Shown in pieces: positions 21,694 to 33,673 of a stretch of DNA of 64,000 nt (within the stretch, counting starts at the first letter, position 1; the number at the start of each line of letters is the position of its first letter). The notes beneath the pieces are model-generated. The model was not told the DNA's origin and searched no databases. It saw nothing but the letters and a program-made list of their open reading frames with translations. The DNA is from Octopus sinensis (lineage: Eukaryota), in NCBI RefSeq assembly GCF_006345805.1, contig NC_043004.1, forward strand, positions 75,144,001-75,208,000, read 5' to 3'. Made by a program: the position numbers and the translations under genes.

Positions 21694-21822
21694 TTGTACA
21701 TTGATTGTTTGAATCCAGCTTGAAGCCTATTGCACAGTCACATTTATGGGTATTAGTTCCTGTTGGCAGACATAGCTGTTTGCAGTTGCCATAGTTACTG
21801 CCTGCACAATTTGTTGTTTGAG
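21694..21822 (-). CDS. LRP2: LRP2 exon (3rd), EGF-like module: (P)QTTNCAGSNYGNCKQLCLPTGTNTHKCDCAIGFKLDSNNQCT
   Basis: Acceptor TTTTTTGCAG at 21823-24 and donor ACAA|GTAAGC at 21693. 129 nt, phase 1-1. Six-cysteine EGF pattern. Confidence 0.93.
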
Positions 21823-21830
21823 CTGCAAAA

Positions 21831-21872
<42 letters not shown>

Positions 21873-22109
21873 AATTTAAAGAATATCAGTTGTTACAGTT
21901 TGCTATGATTTGGTTAAAGGAAATTTTGCTGTAAACATTTTTGCTGTAAGAAAATTCACCTGAAGAAATTTCATTTTAAAAGACCTCATCACATTTCTTT
22001 CATGATTGATGTTGACTAAAGACTTGCTTATTTAATGCTTTTATAAAAACTTTTTATCATTTGTTTTACTTTTTATTTAAAAAAATGCTGATGTAACACA
22101 CTTTTCTTT

Positions 22110-22427
22110 TGTCTTGCAAGTACTTGGTGACCCTGTCAGTGCAGGTGCCACTTAAAAGCACCCAGTAAACTGGTTGGTGTTAGGAAGGACATCCAGCTGT
22201 AAAAACCTTCCCAAAACTGACCTCGCCTGTGCTTGTGCCACGTAAAAAGCACTAAGTCCACTCTGCTGACTGATTGGTGTTAGGAAGGGTATCCAGCTGT
22301 AAAAATCCTGCCAAAACAGTCACAGAATTCTGGTGCAGGTTCCTACCCGGTTGTCTCTTGTGAAACTGTCCCACCTATGTTAGCATGGAAGGTGGGTGTT
22401 AAACAAAGATGGTGATGATGATGATGA
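22110..22427 (+). mobile_element. RTE-family 3' tail, variant with duplicated core
   Basis: TTGGTGTTAGGAAGG..ATCCAGCTGTAAAAA occurs twice; (GAT)n end. Confidence 0.75.
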
Positions 22428-22667
22428 GATCATTGTCCATAAGATGAATTTGTCTTTCAGTGAATTTTCTTATATGACCAAATTTCTTTGGCAGAATTTT
22501 CTGGAGAGTTATGAATTATGGATTATAACTTAGAATAAATGAATGAATAATTTATGTTTGAAGAAAATAATAGCTGTGAGAAAGAAAGGGAAAATGGAGT
22601 TGAATGTAAAATAAAAATTCACAACTTTGATTCTTGTTGTCATTGCTGTGAATGTTTCACCATAAAC

Positions 22668-23050
22668 CAGTGGCTCTCAAATGGGGTTCATATAAGATTG
22701 TTGGGGATTAGTGCAAGCAAAATAGTAAATGGGAGACCCACGGTAGTATTTTAAGGGTCCAAAAAAGAAAAAAGCTCTGACTTTAGATGTATTTATTGCA
22801 AGAAACAGCCAGGTTTCTTTCTCTCAAGATTTACCTGGTTCAACAGGTTTCTGACCACGGAAACATGTTCTCTTGGAGAGAGTTCTGTTGTAAACCTAGA
22901 CAAGTGAATGGGTGAAGAACAAAACAGGAATTTGGAAAGAAGTCTCTATAAAACTAATTTTTAAACATTAAATGGCTACGAAGGTCCTCCAGAGTAAAAT
23001 GGTAATCAAAGGGGTCCATATTAAAAAAAAAAAACGGTTGAGAACCCCTG
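22668..23050. mobile_element. hAT (Charlie-like) MITE
   Basis: TIRs CAGTGGCTCTCAA and TTGAGAACCCCTG. 8-bp flanks CCATAAAC and CCCTAAGC (6/8 identical, central TA). Confidence 0.75.
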
Positions 23051-23254
23051 CCCTAAGCTAACACTGATCAAATAGACAGAGTTATAACTAATGGTATTCC
23101 AGTTGGGGCCATAACCTCATCATACCATGTCTGTTTTTCTGTAGACCAGTATAGTGTGATTTGAGGGAGGTTATGCTTCTATTTCTAGCAGGTGAAGTGA
23201 CCAATTAGTGAACCTCATTTATTTGTCAAACTGTCAATAATTATCCCAGCTTTA

Positions 23255-23440
23255 CTAGTTAGAGCATCAGGCTCCCAATCATGAGGTAATGAGTTCGATT
23301 CCCAGACTGGGCTGTGTGTTGTGTTCTTGAGGAAGGCTCTTTATTTCAGTTCACTCAGCTGTAGAAATGAGTTGTGATGTCACTAGTGCCAAGCTGTATT
23401 GGCCCCTTTGCATTTCCCTTTGATAACATCGGTGGCATGG
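23255..23440 (+). mobile_element. tRNA-derived SINE head (fourth family)
   Basis: GTTAGAGCATCAGGCTCCC...GAGTTCGATTCCC (B box). The downstream CCAAGCTGTAT.GGCCCCTTTG segment recurs at 32282. Confidence 0.6.
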
Positions 23441-23569
23441 TATTAATTTTTTGTTTTTCGTCCTCTGAGGTTGACTTTGCAAAGAAGAAACACTGGGGCT
23501 GATGTAATCGACTCTCATCCCCCACAACTCAAAATGGCTGACCTTGAGGCAAAATTTGAAACCATTATT

Positions 23570-23619
23570 ATCATTATTATTATTATTATTATTGATATTA
23601 TTATTATTATTATTATTGA

Positions 23620-23662
<43 letters not shown>
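23570..23662. repeat. (ATT)n microsatellite; similar runs at 23860, 23990, 25640 and 27960
   Basis: Direct trinucleotide runs. The poly-N/I/L ORFs here are artefacts. Confidence 0.95.
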
Positions 23663-23663
<1 letters not shown>

Positions 23664-23860
23664 GTTCTTTCTTCAAATTTTCTTCCATTTCTTGACGAAT
23701 GTTTTCCGTACACCTAGGGCAGAGAAACTCATTGTATGCATTTCCAGATTACACACACAAATTCACAGGTAAAATATGTATTTAAAAAATTAACAAATAA
23801 ATAAATTCATGAATGGATGTTGTTTTCACAGCGATAATGCTCTTCTCAGTACATGAGCCC

Positions 23861-23893
<33 letters not shown>

Positions 23894-23987
23894 GGTTTGT
23901 CTCAGGTTTGGTCCTATTCCTGGAAGGGATTCTGTGGATAGCAGGTCACTACCTGTGACTTTAGGTATTCACAAGTTTTCAGTAGTC

Positions 23988-24035
<48 letters not shown>

Positions 24036-24042
24036 TCTCTCT

Positions 24043-24444
24043 CTTTTTACTCTTTTACTTGTTTCAGTCATTTGACTGCGGCCATGCTGGGGCACCGCCT
24101 TTTTAGTCGAGCAAATCGACCCCAGGACTTATTCTTTGTAAGCCCAGTACTTATTCTATCGGTCTCTTTTGCCGAACCGCTAAGTGACGGGGACGTAAAC
24201 ACACCAGCATCAGTTGTCAAGCAATGCTAGGGGGACAAACACACACACACAAACACATACACACATACATATATATATATATACATATATACGATAGGCT
24301 TCTTTCAGTTTCCGTCTACCAAATCCACTCACAAGGCATTGGTCGGCCCAGGGCTATAGCAGAAGACACTTGCCCAAGATGCCATGCAGTGGGACTGAAC
24401 CCGGAACCATGTGGCTGGTTAGCAAGCTACTTACCACACAGCCA
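24043..24444 (-). mobile_element. Well-preserved full-length OK/OR-type tRNA-derived SINE inserted in (ATT)n
   Basis: Head TGGCTGTGTGGTAAG...GGTTCCGGGTTCAGTCCCAC (A/B-box-like), central CA/TA microsatellite, and a 3' half ending in GAAACAAGTAAAAGAGTAAAAAG. Confidence 0.9.
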
Positions 24445-24689
24445 TTATTATTATTTTATGTTTGACATTTGCTTTACATTTGTACAAGTTGGCTCCAAGT
24501 CTCATCCAGAGACCTCAAGAGACAACAAGTTGGAAGTTCATGTTATTATTATGTCTAGGGTGCCATATATTTGGTTTTGTACATAATGTTGTTCTAGAGA
24601 ATGTTTAAGAAACCATAAGAAAATTGTGTTTCAACAGATAAGACTACTGGAAAAGAAAAAAAATAACATTGGGCTACAACAAATATCCT

Positions 24690-24990
24690 TAGATGCCAAG
24701 AACCCTCCTATTGGGCAACAAGTAACCTTAGATACAAAGAACAATACTAAGTACTCCAGCTATCCCTAGTAACTCTGTTTTCTAGAGCTGTACTGAACTG
24801 GGGTTTATGCCTTTATACTCTAGCCATCTCTTCAGATCTTTAGGGATAGTTCCCAATGCCCCTATAACTACTGGGATACATTTTACTCGCACTTTCCATA
24901 GTCTCTGTAATTCAATAGCTACATCCTGGTACTTTGTTATTTTTTCTATACTTCTCATATTAATGTTTTCATTATTATTGAGTGAGAGAG
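24690..24990 (-). mobile_element. C-terminal fragment of an R4/NeSL-type (restriction-like endonuclease) non-LTR element
   Basis: EKITKYQDVAIELQRLWKVRVKCIPVVIGALGTIPKDLKRWL matches the K..KY..L..E...LW...V...PVV(I)GALG RLE motif. Confidence 0.75.
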
Positions 24991-25281
24991 CAGCACATGC
25001 CATCAATAACACTGGGGTACATATATACGAAGCCTAATATACCCATCATGATTACCCGTCTGATAAGGGTACACCAGGCACATGCATCACAACCATATGT
25101 GCGTGACATGGTGATCTCATCAAGATTAACAGCACATGACCTTGCAGGTGGAGCCCAGCTAGAATTTTCTTCAGGTCGAGTATCCCATCCCAATCAAGAG
25201 GTCAAAAGGTCAAGTGATCCCATGTTTCTAGAGGTGAATTATTCAAATCCCAAAGAATTCCTCTCAACACGTGGCTATGAT

Positions 25282-25565
25282 CAGTGGTGGACTGGGTCTA
25301 AAAATATTGGTTGCCAGGAGACTAAGGGGGCCCACCCACAACTAGAATGCTATCATTTTAATTTTTTATTTTTTTGTTAAACATATTCTTTTCAACAAAC
25401 ACAGCCAGGTTGAAATAATGCATTCTTCCAGGAGTGAATAAAAGATTCTCAAGCTTGAGGAGATAGGCCTCTTAGATACTAACATCCCCACCCCCATATG
25501 GATTCTAATGGCACAGCGGCCCACTTCCCATCGAGCAACCTGGCAACCTGGCCACTCCGCCACTG
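25282..25565. mobile_element. hAT-type MITE with 8-bp TSD, nested in another interspersed repeat
   Basis: TIRs CAGTGGTGGACTGG and GGCCACTCCGCCACTG. TSD GCTATGAT (25274-81) and GCTATGCT (25566-73). Confidence 0.8.
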
Positions 25566-25651
25566 GCTATGCTGCTACCTCACAACTTCTGCTCATGATT
25601 AGAGATGCACATATCGTCAGCCACCAAAAGACATGCTCATCATTATTATTA

Positions 25652-25719
<68 letters not shown>

Positions 25720-25721
<2 letters not shown>

Positions 25722-25900
25722 GGCTCTGAGTTTGGTAGAATTGTTAGCATGTTGAGCAAAATTCTAAACATTATTTCTTCCATCTTTATGTTTTGAGCTC
25801 AAATTCCTCCATGGTTGACTTTGCCTTTCATTCTTTCAGGGTTGACAAAATAAACATTGTTTGAGCACCGGGGTCGATGTAATTGAATAGTTCTTTCCAA
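25720..25900 (+). mobile_element. Short tRNA-derived SINE (second family)
   Basis: Reverse-complement homologue of 7410-7620 (GTTGACTTTGCCTTTCATTCTTTC...GGGGTCGATGTAATTGA). Confidence 0.65.
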
Positions 25901-26353
25901 GGCCTTGCAGTAACCATTAGTAATTCTAGTTATCCTTTCTTTCCCAAAACATTGGCTTTCTGGAATGCCCTCCCAGCTTATATCTTTTCCGATAGGGGTT
26001 GACTAACAGAAGTCTAAGAGAAAAATGAATGGCATTAATATCACTGGTCTTGGAGGAACTCCAGAGGTGATGGGCACTGCCTCTTCTAGATTCAATAAAT
26101 AATACATATATGTGTGTGTGTGTGTGTGAGTGTGGGACATGTCTTTATAGTTGGTTATTTCACTTTGCAACCGTGTGGTTTTCAGCACTGGGGTTGATGT
26201 AATTGACTAGTTCTTTTCCCAAAATCTCAGGCCTTGTGCCTATAGTAGAAAGAATTAGTATTGATATTATTACCATCTTCTTAAAAGAAAAGATGAAGAA
26301 TGAAAACGGAAAAAGCAAAATGACTCTAAAAATGAAGGGACTTCTCCACTTAC

Positions 26354-26579
26354 GATATTTGTTCCAGTTATAGACCACTTTTAAGGTTCCTAAACGAGCA
26401 ATATTGGTTTTCATTGTAGTGCTGCCATAGTTCAATGCTGACAAAGACACATAACTCAATGTTTCCAAATCTTTCTGACCATAATAAAGATATCCTTTAT
26501 ACACAGCAATACCAGTTACAAAGTTAAGGCCGTTGAGTATCACTTCACGTTCGCTTCTCAGGATGTCATATTTTTCTAT
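26354..26579 (-). CDS. LRP2: LRP2 exon (2nd): IEKYDILRSEREVILNGLNFVTGIAVYKGYLYYGQKDLETLSYVSLSALNYGSTTMKTNIARLGTLKVVYNWNKY
   Basis: Acceptor TTTTGCTGCAG at 26580-81 and donor TATC|GTAAGT at 26353. 226 nt, phase 0-1, in frame with both neighbouring exons. Confidence 0.92.
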
Positions 26580-26676
26580 CTGCAGCAAAATATATAAAAA
26601 CCAACAAACATTAACAACATTGATAAATAACAAAAATTCGGTAATTTCTCATTTCATATTTCTTCATCTTCTTTCT

Positions 26677-26832
26677 AGCTAGTACTACTCATCCAGTACT
26701 TCACAGCTAGTACTACTCATCCAGTACTTTACAGCTAGTACTACTCATCCAGTACTTTACAGCTAGTACTACTCATCCAGTACTTTACAGCTAGTACTAC
26801 TCATTCAGTACTTTACAGCTAGTACTACTCAT
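26677..26832. repeat. 28-bp minisatellite, ~5.5 copies
   Basis: AGCTAGTACTACTCATCCAGTACTTTAC at 26677, 26705, 26733, 26761, 26789 and 26817. Confidence 0.92.
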
Positions 26833-26959
26833 ATATTACAGGGTATCCATATATCTCCTCTATAACAAGACACATGTGTGCTCGTTTCTCTCTCATACTT
26901 CAGCCTATAATTCCAGACATGGAGCCATGTCCCCTCTCAAATACCCGCCTCACCATATT

Positions 26960-27545
26960 CTTTTATTCTTTTACTTGATCCAGTCATTTGACTGCGGCCA
27001 TACTGGAGTACCACCTTCAGTGGAACAAATCAACCCCAGGACTTATTCTTTGTAAGCCTTTGTAGTACTTATTCTATCATCAGTTGTCATGTGATGGTGG
27101 GGAGACAAACACAGACACACAAATACATACATATATATCATCATCATTTAACGTCCGCTTTCCATGCTAGCATGGGTTGGACGTTTTGACTGAAGACTGG
27201 TGAACCAGATGGCTGCAACAGGCTCCAATCTGATCTGGCAGAGTTTCTACAGCTGGATGCCCTTCCTAATGCCAACGACCCTGATTTGTAGTGGGTGCTT
27301 TTACGTGCCACTGGCACGAGGGCCAGTCTGGTGGTACTGGCAATGGCCACCCTCAGATTGTGTTTTTTATGTGCCACCTGCACAGAAGTCAGTCCAGCGG
27401 CACTGGCAACGACCTCGCTCGAATGTTTTGTTCATATTCCACCATCACATATGCCAATAGGGTGATGCAAGTAACAATCATGCTCAAATTGTGCTTTTTA
27501 TGTGCCACTGGCACGGAAGCTAGACAGTTGCTCTGGCAGTTATCC
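26960..27545 (-). mobile_element. 3' half of OK/OR-type SINE (26960-27135) abutting an RTE 3' tail (27137-27545)
   Basis: CAGTCATTTGACTGCGGCCAT... followed by (CAT)n TTTAACGTCCGCTTTCCATGCTAGC. Confidence 0.75.
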
Positions 27546-27570
27546 CGCTATATATATACATATATAAATA

Positions 27571-27751
27571 CAGTGTACATTTAAACACATAAGAGATGAC
27601 CATCACAGGACACCTAGCATGCTAGAAGAAGTAACCAAATTCCAAACCACTATTAGGGATAAACCCTAATAGTGGTTTGGAATTTGGTTACTCCTTCTAG
27701 CATGCTAGGTGTCCTGTGATGGTCATCTCTTATGTGTTTAAATGTACACTG
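27571..27751. repeat. Near-perfect palindrome (88-bp arms, 5-nt loop), possibly a Tc1/mariner-type foldback MITE
   Basis: 27571-27658 is the reverse complement of 27664-27751 with 1 mismatch; loop ATAAA. Termini are TA-CAGTG...CACTG-CA. Confidence 0.9.
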
Positions 27752-27839
27752 CATAATTTATAGTCTATTGACTAGTTTTCTGCATGCTAGGCCACTAGCA
27801 GTAAAAATTTCTAAAAAATTTTCCTACCCTGATATATAT

Positions 27840-27871
<32 letters not shown>

Positions 27872-27887
27872 ATATATATATATATAG

Positions 27888-27918
<31 letters not shown>

Positions 27919-27959
27919 TGCATGCATAAACATATACATACATATATATATATATAATA

Positions 27960-28005
<46 letters not shown>

Positions 28006-28803
28006 TAATAATATTAGGGAGTATGACTTCAAATTTACAGGGAAAAATTCAATTTAGTATTAAATCAAATTTCACAATATATATATATGTGTGAATTAGA
28101 GAAAAAACACTGGTGCAATCCAAACAATGATAGACATAAACCAAATCATAAAGGAAAAATAAAACATATTATAAAACATATAACTAGATTACAAATAGTA
28201 CAAAAATGAATAAACAATATATAATATTGTTTATATATTGTTTATTAAACTGCAAACTAGTAAACATGCGCTAGGAATTAAAAGAGACAGAGAGAGACAG
28301 ACAGATAGGGTGAAGGCCGATAGATAGATAGGCACATAGTGAGCCAGTGGGGGAGGGGGTCATGACACGTGGGAGGAATGGTTCCGGGATTTGGAGAAAG
28401 ACAAAATTAGAGACGAATGACTGTGTGATTGTGTGATAAACTTTCATAGATGAGTGAAAGAATATGTTGCAGATAAGGAAACGCATGAGCTAAGGTTATC
28501 TCAGCCATCAACAAGTGAGACAAAAATATAGAATTGAAATGCATGAGCTAAAGTTATCTTAGATATCAACAGTAAGATGAAACTATAGAACTATATTTAC
28601 ATGATGGCATGGAGCTGAAATAGACAGATAAGACAGAATAGAGGGGAAATAATAATAAGGGTTTATTATGAATACTCACAATAATACAATGGGAGGTAGG
28701 TAATAAGTTGAAAGGTTAAAATCTCTTATCTGAAAATGTTTATAAAAAATGTATAGTATCGTGAAGACTAGGTTCTAAGTCTGAATTCAGTACAGTTACT
28801 TAC

Positions 28804-28978
28804 CTTACCAAGCTGGCTATCAGACCAATATAAAATTGGGTTACTTGGATCTTTTGTGAGGAAACCTGGTGTTTGCATGTTATCCTTAACAAGTATCTGT
28901 GGGTCGGAACCATCCATTTTAACAGCACCAATTTTAACAGGAATATCGTAACTTCCTTTGTCTGTCCAGTAAAGAAAT
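28804..28978 (-). CDS. LRP2: LRP2 exon (1st in window): FLYWTDKGSYDIPVKIGAVKMDGSDPQILVKDNMQTPGFLTKDPSNPILYWSDSQLGK
   Basis: Acceptor TTTCTTCTTAG at 28979-80 and donor AAG|GTAAGT at 28803. 175 nt, phase 2-0. Two YWTD-type repeats. Resembles human LRP2 LYWSDQG...VPAKIASANMDG. Confidence 0.93.
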
Positions 28979-29044
28979 CTAAGAAGAAAGGAAAAAAAAA
29001 GAAGAGACTCATATGTTTGTGTTTTGCTCTGACCACCACCACCA

Positions 29045-29640
29045 CCATCATCATTGAACCTTTGCTCTCCATGCTGGTCTGTGGTGGAATGGTTTGACTC
29101 AGGTTCCATTGTCTGCTTTGCCATGCTTTCTACAGCTGGACGCCCTTCCTTATGCCAACCACTATACAGAGTGTACTGGGTGCACTGACAGGGTCTCCTG
29201 CAAGACAAACCTCCCTCCGCTGGGAGGGGGAGAAGTATTGAAGAAAGTGGCTTTGAGTCAGGTGATGAGGGGTTGGAAGTATGGAGGGACAGAGATAGGT
29301 GTGTTGCCGTAGGGAAGACACATGGATACCCCAGTAGGAAAAGAAAAGAAAGAAAAAGAGAGTGAGTTAGAGAGTGAGATAGTGAGAGTGAGAGAGAGAG
29401 AGTGAGAGAGAGAGATGGTGGTGGGGATACCCCCGAGGGACAGTGGGTGGTGGTGGTAATAAGTGAGGTTATATAGAAGCTTGAACTGGATGAGTGGGCA
29501 CAGGGATAGAGGTGTCTGTAGCAAATGATGGGGAAGTGAGCGAATATAGGAGTGAGTTAAGGTGGGATAGGCAGGGGTTGCAGTAAGTATATGAGGGCAT
29601 TGTAGGTATTAGCAGATAAAAGAGGTGCTAATGATAGTAC
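29045..29640 (-). mobile_element. Non-coding element: pyrimidine-rich head plus RTE 3' tail (copy 2)
   Basis: Collinear with 8940-9780. Confidence 0.7.
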
Positions 29641-29690
29641 AGGGGTGGCTATATAGAGATACATATATCTTTCTATCTATCTATCTACGC

Positions 29691-29722
<32 letters not shown>

Positions 29723-29732
29723 AGAGAAAAGG

Positions 29733-32231
29733 GACAGGCAGGGCTGTTAGAGAAAAGAGACAGGCTTGGAAGGACTGGAAGAATGGTGGTAGCGGGAATT
29801 GTATCAGACTACCAAAAGAGAAGCTAGGAGACAGGTTTATTTAGCCAGAAGGGAAGCAGATAAGAAAAAATTTGCCAATGTTCTGCGCCGTCAGGACCAA
29901 AGACTTGACGTATTCCATGTTGTAAGACAGTGTGTGAGAGAGAACCGTGAAGTGGTAGGAGAGAAATGTGTTCGCATGGATGATGATTCTTTTGCGCTGA
30001 ATGAGGATGCAAAAAGAGAGGTTATGAGGAACCATTATGAGAGGCTGCTAAATAAGGAAAATGAATGGGATAAAGAGAGTTTACCGAATGCCGACTGAAC
30101 AGAGGGACCAGTTATCCGAGTTGACAGTTCCTTAGTAGTTAAGGCAATTAGAAGCATGAAGACAGGGAAAGCCCCAGGCCCATCAGTAACCACTGCAGAG
30201 ATGCTCAAAATATCTGGTATGTTAGCTATAGCCTAGTCACCCGTACAGTTAACCAGGTGATACACGAAGGAGTCATACCCAATGATTGGTGTAGCAGCAT
30301 AATAGTCAACTGCTACAAAGGTAAAGGTGACGCTTTAGATACAAATAATTACAGAGGTATCAAGCTGTTGGATCAGGTAATGAAGGTTACGGAGAGGGTC
30401 ATAGCCCAACTGATTAGGGAGAGAGTCAGCTTGGATGAGATGCAGTTTGGTTTCGTGCCAGGGAAAAGCACCACTGATGCCATATTTCTGGTAAAACAGC
30501 TGCAGGAGATATACCTAGCCAAAGATAAACCTCTGTACCTGGTTTTCGTTGACATGGAGAAAGCCTTTGACAAGGTCCTCCCAATCCCTTATCTGGTGGT
30601 CAATGAGGAAACTAGGGATAGATGAGTGGTTAGTGAGAGCTGTGCAAGCCATGTACAGAGACACTGTAAGTAAGGTGAGGGTTGGCAACGAGTACACTGA
30701 AGAATTCAGGGCAGACGTAGGGGTCCACCAAGGTTCAGTCCTCAGCCCCCTCCTATTTATCATAGTCCTCCAGGCAATAAAAGAGGAATTCAAGACAGGA
30801 TGCCCCTGGGAGCTCCTCTATGCTGATGATCTTGCTCTAATTGCTCAGTCACTATCAGAACTAGCGGCAAAGTTTCAGGTGTGGAGACACGGATTAGAAT
30901 CGAAGGGCCTTAGAGTCAACCTAGCTAAAAACCAAAGTCCTAATAAGTAGGAAGGTAGACAAATCTCAAATGCCTTCAGGTAGATGGCCCTGCTCGATCT
31001 GTAGAAAAGGTGTAGGTAGGAACTCTATAAGATGCACCAAGTGTACGCTATGGACACATAAGAGGTGCAGCAATGTCAAAGGAAGGCTAACTGGGAAGAT
31101 AGTTTTTGTATGTGGCAGATGCTCAGGAGCAATAAACACTGAAAATGCGCAGACCAACTTCCGCCACATTCCAGGGAGAAAAACTAGAAGTAGTTGATAG
31201 CTTCCATTACCTAGGCGACCAAGTCAGTTGCAGGGATCGGTATGCTGAAAGTGTAACTGCTAGAGTAAGAATAGCCTGGGCAAAGTTCAGAGAGCTCTTA
31301 CCTCTGCTGGTGACAAAAGGCCTCTCGCTCAGAATAAAAGGCAGACTGTATGACGCATGTGTATGAACAGCCAATATACATGGCAGTGAAACATGGGCCG
31401 TAACTGCTGAGGACATGCGTAAGCTCGCAAGAAATGAAGCCAGTATGTTCATACTCAACAGAGTGTAAGTACCTTGAGAGAAAAGTTGGACCTAAGAAGC
31501 ATCAGTTGTGGTGTGCAAGAGAGATGTTTGCGCTGGTATGATCATGTAGCGAGAATAGATGAAGATAGTTGTGTGAGAAAGTGCCACACCCTAGCAGTTG
31601 AGGGAACCTGTAGAAGAGGTAGACCCAGCAAAATCTGGGACGAGGTGGTGAAGCACAACCTTCGAACTTTAGGTCTCACCGAGGAAATAACCAGAGACCG
31701 AGACCTTTGGAAGTATGCTGTGCGTCAGAAGACCCAGCAGGACAAGTGAGACCATAACCCGTGGCCTCTACCTGGGATGTAGCCAGTCCTCTTATGCATA
31801 CCTTTCCTTCTTGTGACTCAAACTCTACTTGTGAAAACCTGTTGAGGCAAGTGAAAATCGAAATCAATCATCATCAATGGAAATTGTAGCTGTGATACCA
31901 GTGCCGGTGACACGTAAGAGAACCATCTGAACATGGCCGTTGCCAGCGCTGCCCCGACTGGCCTCCGTGCCGGTGGCACGTAAAAAGCACCATCCGATCG
32001 TGGCCATTTGCCAGCCTCATCTGGCACCTGTGCAGGTGGCACGTAAAAAGCACCCACTACACTCATGGAGTGGTTGGCATTAGGAAGGCATCCAGCTGTA
32101 GAAATACTGCCAGATCAGACTGGGTCTGGCACAGCCTTCTGGCTTCCCAGGCCCCAGTTGAACCGTCCAACCCATGCTAGCATGGAAAACGGATATTAAA
32201 CGATGATGATGATGATGATGATGATGATGAT
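29733..32231 (+). mobile_element. 5'-truncated RTE LINE (linker, RT, PHD-like finger, 3' UTR, (GAT)n tail), disrupted
   Basis: YKGKGDALDTNNYRGIKLL, QFGFVPGKSTTDAIF, FVDMEKAFD, GVHQGSVLSPLLF, LLYADDLAL, WYDHVAR. Multiple frameshifts; stop at 31749. Confidence 0.95.
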
Positions 32232-32237
32232 ATATAT

Positions 32238-32282
<45 letters not shown>

Positions 32283-32427
32283 CAAGCTGTATCGGCCCCT
32301 TTTGCCCTTTCCCGTGGATAACATCAATGGCAAGGAGAGGGAAGGCTGGTCTGCATGGGCAACTGCTGGTCTTCTATAAACAACCTTGTGTCTCGGGGAG
32401 GAATTTTCTATGTACAATCCCATGGTC

Positions 32428-32489
<62 letters not shown>

Positions 32490-32495
<6 letters not shown>

Positions 32496-32931
32496 ATGAC
32501 AAGTGATCAAGACCTTTGGAGATATGTTGTTCTTGAGAAGACCTGGCAAGCCAAGTTAGACCATAACCATGGCCTATGCCAGTGCTGCATAACCAGCTTC
32601 AATCATTGGGCAATAAACTGCATTTACAGAAACCTGTTGAGTAAGGGAAGTTGTTGTCATAGCAAATGACAGTACCATCTGGTTGGCATCCATATCGGTG
32701 ACACGTAAAAAGTACCATTTGAGCGTGGTCGGTGCCAGTGCCACCTGATTGGCCCTCATGTTGGTGGCACATAAAAAGCACCCACTACACTCTCGGAGTG
32801 GTTGGTGTTAGGCAGGGCATCCAGCTGTAGAAACTTTGCCAGATTGGACTGGAGCCTGGTGCAGCCTTCTGGTCAGCCAGCCCTCAGTCAAACCATCCAA
32901 CCCATGCCAGCATGGTAAGCCACTGCTAAAC

Positions 32932-32971
<40 letters not shown>

Positions 32972-32975
32972 GTGA
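32490..32975 (+). mobile_element. RTE 3' end with (GAT)n tail
   Basis: GACCTTTGGAGATATG (DLWRY) followed by the 3' UTR, GTTGGTGTTAGGCAGGGCATCCAGCTGTAG and (GAT)n. Confidence 0.85.
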
Positions 32976-33221
32976 TGATTAATATCAATAATAATAAAGT
33001 ATATGAAGACTCGTATTATTATTATTACTAATATCAATATATACTCCAGAGAATTATTACCATCCAGTGAAGAGTCCACAGAATTAGCCAATGGAAGAAC
33101 TGACGGAGTGACTAACAACTAATTGTAGTCACAGACTCACAGACATAAGATATTGACCATTGTGGTTAGCCGTTAACTGGAATTTAATGGAAGTTAATAT
33201 ATCCCTCCAAACTCTCTTTCA

Positions 33222-33670
33222 TATCATCATCATCATCATCATCATCGTTTAACGTCCGTTCTCCATGCTAGCATGGTTTGGACGGTTCGACCGGGGATCT
33301 GGGAAGCCAGAAGGCTGCACCAGGCTCCAGTCTTATCTGGCAATGTTTCTACAGCTGGATGCCCTTCCTAACACCAACCACTCCGTGAGTGTAGTGGGTG
33401 CTTTTTACGTGCCACCTGCACAGGTGCCAGGCGAGGCTGGCAACGGCCACGGTCGGATTGGTGTTTTTTATGTGCCACCGACACGGAAGCCAGTCGAGGC
33501 GGCGCTGGCATTGGCCACGAGTCGGGTAGTGCTTTTTACGTACCACCAGACCAGGGATCCTGGCTGGTTCAATTCGATTTCGCTTTCGCTTGCCCCAACA
33601 TGTCTTCGCAAGCAGAGGGGGTTGGCATGGGTGCCTGTCGTACAGTCGGATTGGTGTATTTTCCGTGCCA
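33222..33670 (-). mobile_element. RTE 3' tail
   Basis: (CAT)n GTTTAACGTCCG...CTACAGCTGGATGCCCTTCC, with internal ~65-bp units. Confidence 0.85.
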
Positions 33671-33673
33671 TAT

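Noticed and set aside
32990-33130. Possible missing upstream LRP2 exon (SVDSSLDGNNSLEY)
   Set aside because: No YWTD motif, no suitable phase-2 donor, and it runs into low-complexity ATT sequence.
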